From: Deferribacterales bacterium
Lineage (GTDB): Bacteria > Chrysiogenota > Deferribacteres > Deferribacterales > Geovibrionaceae
Assembly (NCBI GenBank): GCA_050251945.1
Contig: JBFWLW010000002.1
Span: 288,001-352,000 of the forward strand
Length of the DNA stretch: 64,000 nt
Reading direction: 5' to 3'
The notes under the pieces are model-generated. The model was not told the DNA's origin, did no database searches, and was given only the letters and a program-made list of their open reading frames with translations. The translations under genes were made by a program, and so were the position numbers. How positions within the stretch are numbered: position 1 is the first letter of the stretch; every line of letters begins with the position of its first letter. Positions 61,510 through 64,000 of the stretch are shown here, piece by piece.

Positions 61510-63036
61510 TCAGCATCCGCTGGGACCGCTGGGAGTTGTTCCAGAATCATCTGAGCCGCTGTCGTCGTCAGTGTCGGTGTCGTCACCTGTATCATCGTCG
61601 GAAGCGACATATGCTTTGTCAGTCTCTTCAATTTCGTTGCCTGTCCCTGTGTAAGCAGGATTCACATTAAACATGATAACGCCTAGAGCGTCTTTCCATG
61701 ATGTTGTTGCAGACAGTGTTGCTGTCTGCGGCGCAACGGTGATAAGACCGCTTGCAACTGTAGGAGCAGCTGTTGAAAGTTTGAATGTGTCATATGCAAG
61801 GATGCCGGTATTTGTTGTGCTTGACTGAAGAGGTCCGCCAAGAGCAACTATAACGCCTGTTGTGTCGCTTGTTGCAGTGTTAGCAGCTCCAACGGCAGGG
61901 ACACTTGCAGAATTGGTGTAATACATGAATGAGGAAGTTCCCCAATACACTTCTTCAGAAGCGTAAGAAGCGCCTCTTTCATAACCAGCATGGCTTGACC
62001 AAGCAGACCATGAACCGTCATAAAGAGCTACGTTGTCATATCCGAGGACTTCTTTTATGTAATAGTAAACGGGTGTTGCGGAATAACCGGACACACAGTG
62101 AACAACTATTGTATCGGTCGATTTAACACCGGCAGCTGTGAGAAGCGCTTCGCCTGATGTTTTATCAAGAAACTTGCCGCTGACAATAACAGAGGCAGCG
62201 TTAATGCCTGTTACAGCGCCCTTGATACGTCCGCTGAAAGCAACTGAACCCTGTGTTCCTGCACCTCTGACATCGATAACTTTTACAGAACCTGCTCTTA
62301 CAAGATCTATAACGTTTTTAGTTGTTACACGGGCTGCATCATGCAGACCGGGAAGATTTTTTACTGAAAAAGTGTTGTCCGCAGGATCAACTGATGCAGA
62401 AGAAGTATCCACAAGAGATGCATCGACAGCTTTAACAGCAGCCACACCGCCGTCCAGAACTTTTATCTTGGATTCGGAGAATCCCCAATAGTAAAACAGC
62501 CACCATGCTCTTGTCAGATCATAGTTGCTTGACGAAAGAGCAGAGTTTGTAAATACGATGACAGTGTCTTTTGTAACGCCCATATCCTGAATCATCTTGT
62601 CCATAGTGGCGCCTGTAGTTGCCATTCTGGCAGAGGTTGCTCTTGCGTCTATAGAGTCGATGGGACCTTCCGCTCTGTACTCATCAAGAGCGAAACCAGT
62701 GATATCGGATTTGCTGAGAGAACCGATAATCCTGTCAGCTGTGGTTGAAAAATCTGTTTGTACATCAACGATAAGTACGGGATAACCCGCTCCTGTTTTC
62801 GCAGAAGAGGTTGTTTTGAACCCGTTATTAATCCAAGCTGCCACATCGTCGGCGGAGACAGCAGTTTCATCGGATACATCATAACCTGTCCACCATGCGT
62901 TGGGGTCTTCCGCTGCAGGTGTTGTGGGAGCCTCATACGACCCGCCGCCTCCACATGCTGAAAGCAGTGCCAAGGCAGAAACGAATGCAGCCGCCATGAC
63001 AAACTGACGACCTTTTCTCAATAAAGAGTCTTTCAT
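61510..63036 (-). CDS. extH: Tandem rhodanese-domain lipoprotein, ExtH-like
   Basis: Lipobox LSAC, RAWWLFYYWG..KVLDGG, IDVR, VHCVSGYSA active-site loop, LYDGSWSAW; acidic tail ending GC. ATG 63036 behind GGAGG. Confidence 0.8.
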   Translation of the reverse strand: MKDSLLRKGRQFVMAAAFVSALALLSACGGGGSYEAPTTPAAEDPNAWWTGYDVSDETAVSADDVAAWINNGFKTTSSAKTGAGYPVLIVDVQTDFSTTADRIIGSLSKSDITGFALDEYRAEGPIDSIDARATSARMATTGATMDKMIQDMGVTKDTVIVFTNSALSSSNYDLTRAWWLFYYWGFSESKIKVLDGGVAAVKAVDASLVDTSSASVDPADNTFSVKNLPGLHDAARVTTKNVIDLVRAGSVKVIDVRGAGTQGSVAFSGRIKGAVTGINAASVIVSGKFLDKTSGEALLTAAGVKSTDTIVVHCVSGYSATPVYYYIKEVLGYDNVALYDGSWSAWSSHAGYERGASYASEEVYWGTSSFMYYTNSASVPAVGAANTATSDTTGVIVALGGPLQSSTTNTGILAYDTFKLSTAAPTVASGLITVAPQTATLSATTSWKDALGVIMFNVNPAYTGTGNEIEETDKAYVASDDDTGDDTDTDDDSGSDDSGTTPSGPSGC

Positions 63037-63605
63037 AAAATCCTCCAAAATTCGGGCAAAAGCCCATACGTCATACTGTTTTGTGTAAGTTCAGCCGGAT
63101 ATCAAATGTCCGAATCACGCTTTTCGTTACGAATCACTCCGGGCAAAGGCTCACGCAACTGACCCCGCCCTGATTTATATACTTGTTCAAATTCAATCAT
63201 ATGAAAGCCATAGCGTCAACAAAACATAGCATATGCCCAATACTGTTAACACCAATCTTTCCATAGATTTAGATATCCGTATGTTGATATGTTTGCCCGT
63301 AAAGAAGAGGCATATGCCAATAAAGACGAATTACGTCTTTTAAAAAAGTATGAAAGTTTTTTTGATTTTCAGACCGAATGAATATTTCAAATAAGAAATA
63401 TTTTCATTCAACAAAATAATTTTATATATCTTTCTGAATAAAGAAATAAATTAATTTACGCATTTTTAGTAGGATTTTACCTAAATTTAACTTGATAAAA
63501 AACGTAACGTTAAGCAGTGAACAGATATGATTCATCAGAAAGACTTAAAACTTGTTTTCCCACAGCAAAATGCTAGAATAAAAAGAAAAATCACCGAGGT
63601 GCTTT

Positions 63606-64000
63606 ATGGATTGCATTTTCTGCAAAATAATAAGCGGAGAGATTCCCTGCAGCAAAGTTTATGAGGACGACCTCTTTATTGCTTTTCTCGACATCAAACC
63701 CATCAGAAAAGGGCACACGCTCATTGTGCCGAAAAAGCATTTCGAGAACATATTCGACACACCGGAAGCGGAGGCACAGGCTATTTATCAGGTAACAGGC
63801 AGAGTTGCCGCCGCCGTTAAAGAGGCTACTGGAGCGTCGGGTATCAACGTTATACAGAATAACGGCGAGGATTCCGGACAGGAAGTTTTCCACTCACACC
63901 TGCATATCATTCCCAGAAAAAAAGACGACGGTCTGAAATTTGAACGCCAGCATGAGGAATATAACGGATTTGAAGAGATGGGCAAACTCGCCCACCGCAT
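63606..64000 (+). CDS. HIT family nucleotide hydrolase (runs off the window)
   Basis: MDCIFCKIISGEIP..VYED..AFLDI.P..GHTLIVPK..NNG..GQEVFHSHLHIIPR; GAGG RBS. Absent from the supplied ORF track. Confidence 0.93.
   Translation, partial: MDCIFCKIISGEIPCSKVYEDDLFIAFLDIKPIRKGHTLIVPKKHFENIFDTPEAEAQAIYQVTGRVAAAVKEATGASGINVIQNNGEDSGQEVFHSHLHIIPRKKDDGLKFERQHEEYNGFEEMGKLAHR

Noticed and set aside
61480..61515. Selenocysteine read-through at the ExtH-like GC-TGA stop (would give GCU...)
   Set aside because: The downstream sequence is AT-rich with no SECIS-like hairpin, contains the porin RBS, and would add only LKPESKNYV. The ExtJ-like GC ends in TAA.
63200..63310. c-di-GMP/GEMM riboswitch upstream of extH (GGGCAAAC on the minus strand)
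   Set aside because: The GAAA-capped P2 stem and GCAAAGCC elements do not follow.
63591..64000. Minus-strand ORFs of 100 and 70 aa from the track
   Set aside because: Shadows of the plus-strand HIT gene.

Overview
Bacterial chromosomal window from an anaerobic respiring Gram-negative organism; gene content suggests Deferribacterota (Seleniivibrio/Geovibrio/Denitrovibrio-like), which is inference only. Left to right: end of a surface-polysaccharide locus (tandem AT3-SGNH O-acyltransferases, GT2, WecA-like); polyamine operon (speA, carboxyspermidine dehydrogenase, nspC, speB); ZraSR-like two-component system with a beta-barrel gene and ndh; a small AT-rich islet beside tRNA-Met (orphan RelB-like antitoxin, relE broken by an IS3 remnant, T5orf172/SEL1 protein); three small genes with sigma28-like promoters and a shared C-terminal motif; housekeeping genes (DHOD-like, ftsK, uppP, rnj, ubiE); an MCP; a pseudo-kinase/RR/HDOD/PP2C operon; metNIQ; lpxR; a ribose operon; a two-component-linked flavin reductase/SphA-porin/7-heme cytochrome cluster; and a ~12.7 kb Geobacter ext-like chalcogen-respiration cluster. 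That cluster lacks the ExtKL selenocytochrome and carries a PsrABC-type molybdoenzyme cassette inside it. Seven REPIN-like palindromic elements are dispersed in intergenic regions. No CRISPR array or rRNA was seen.
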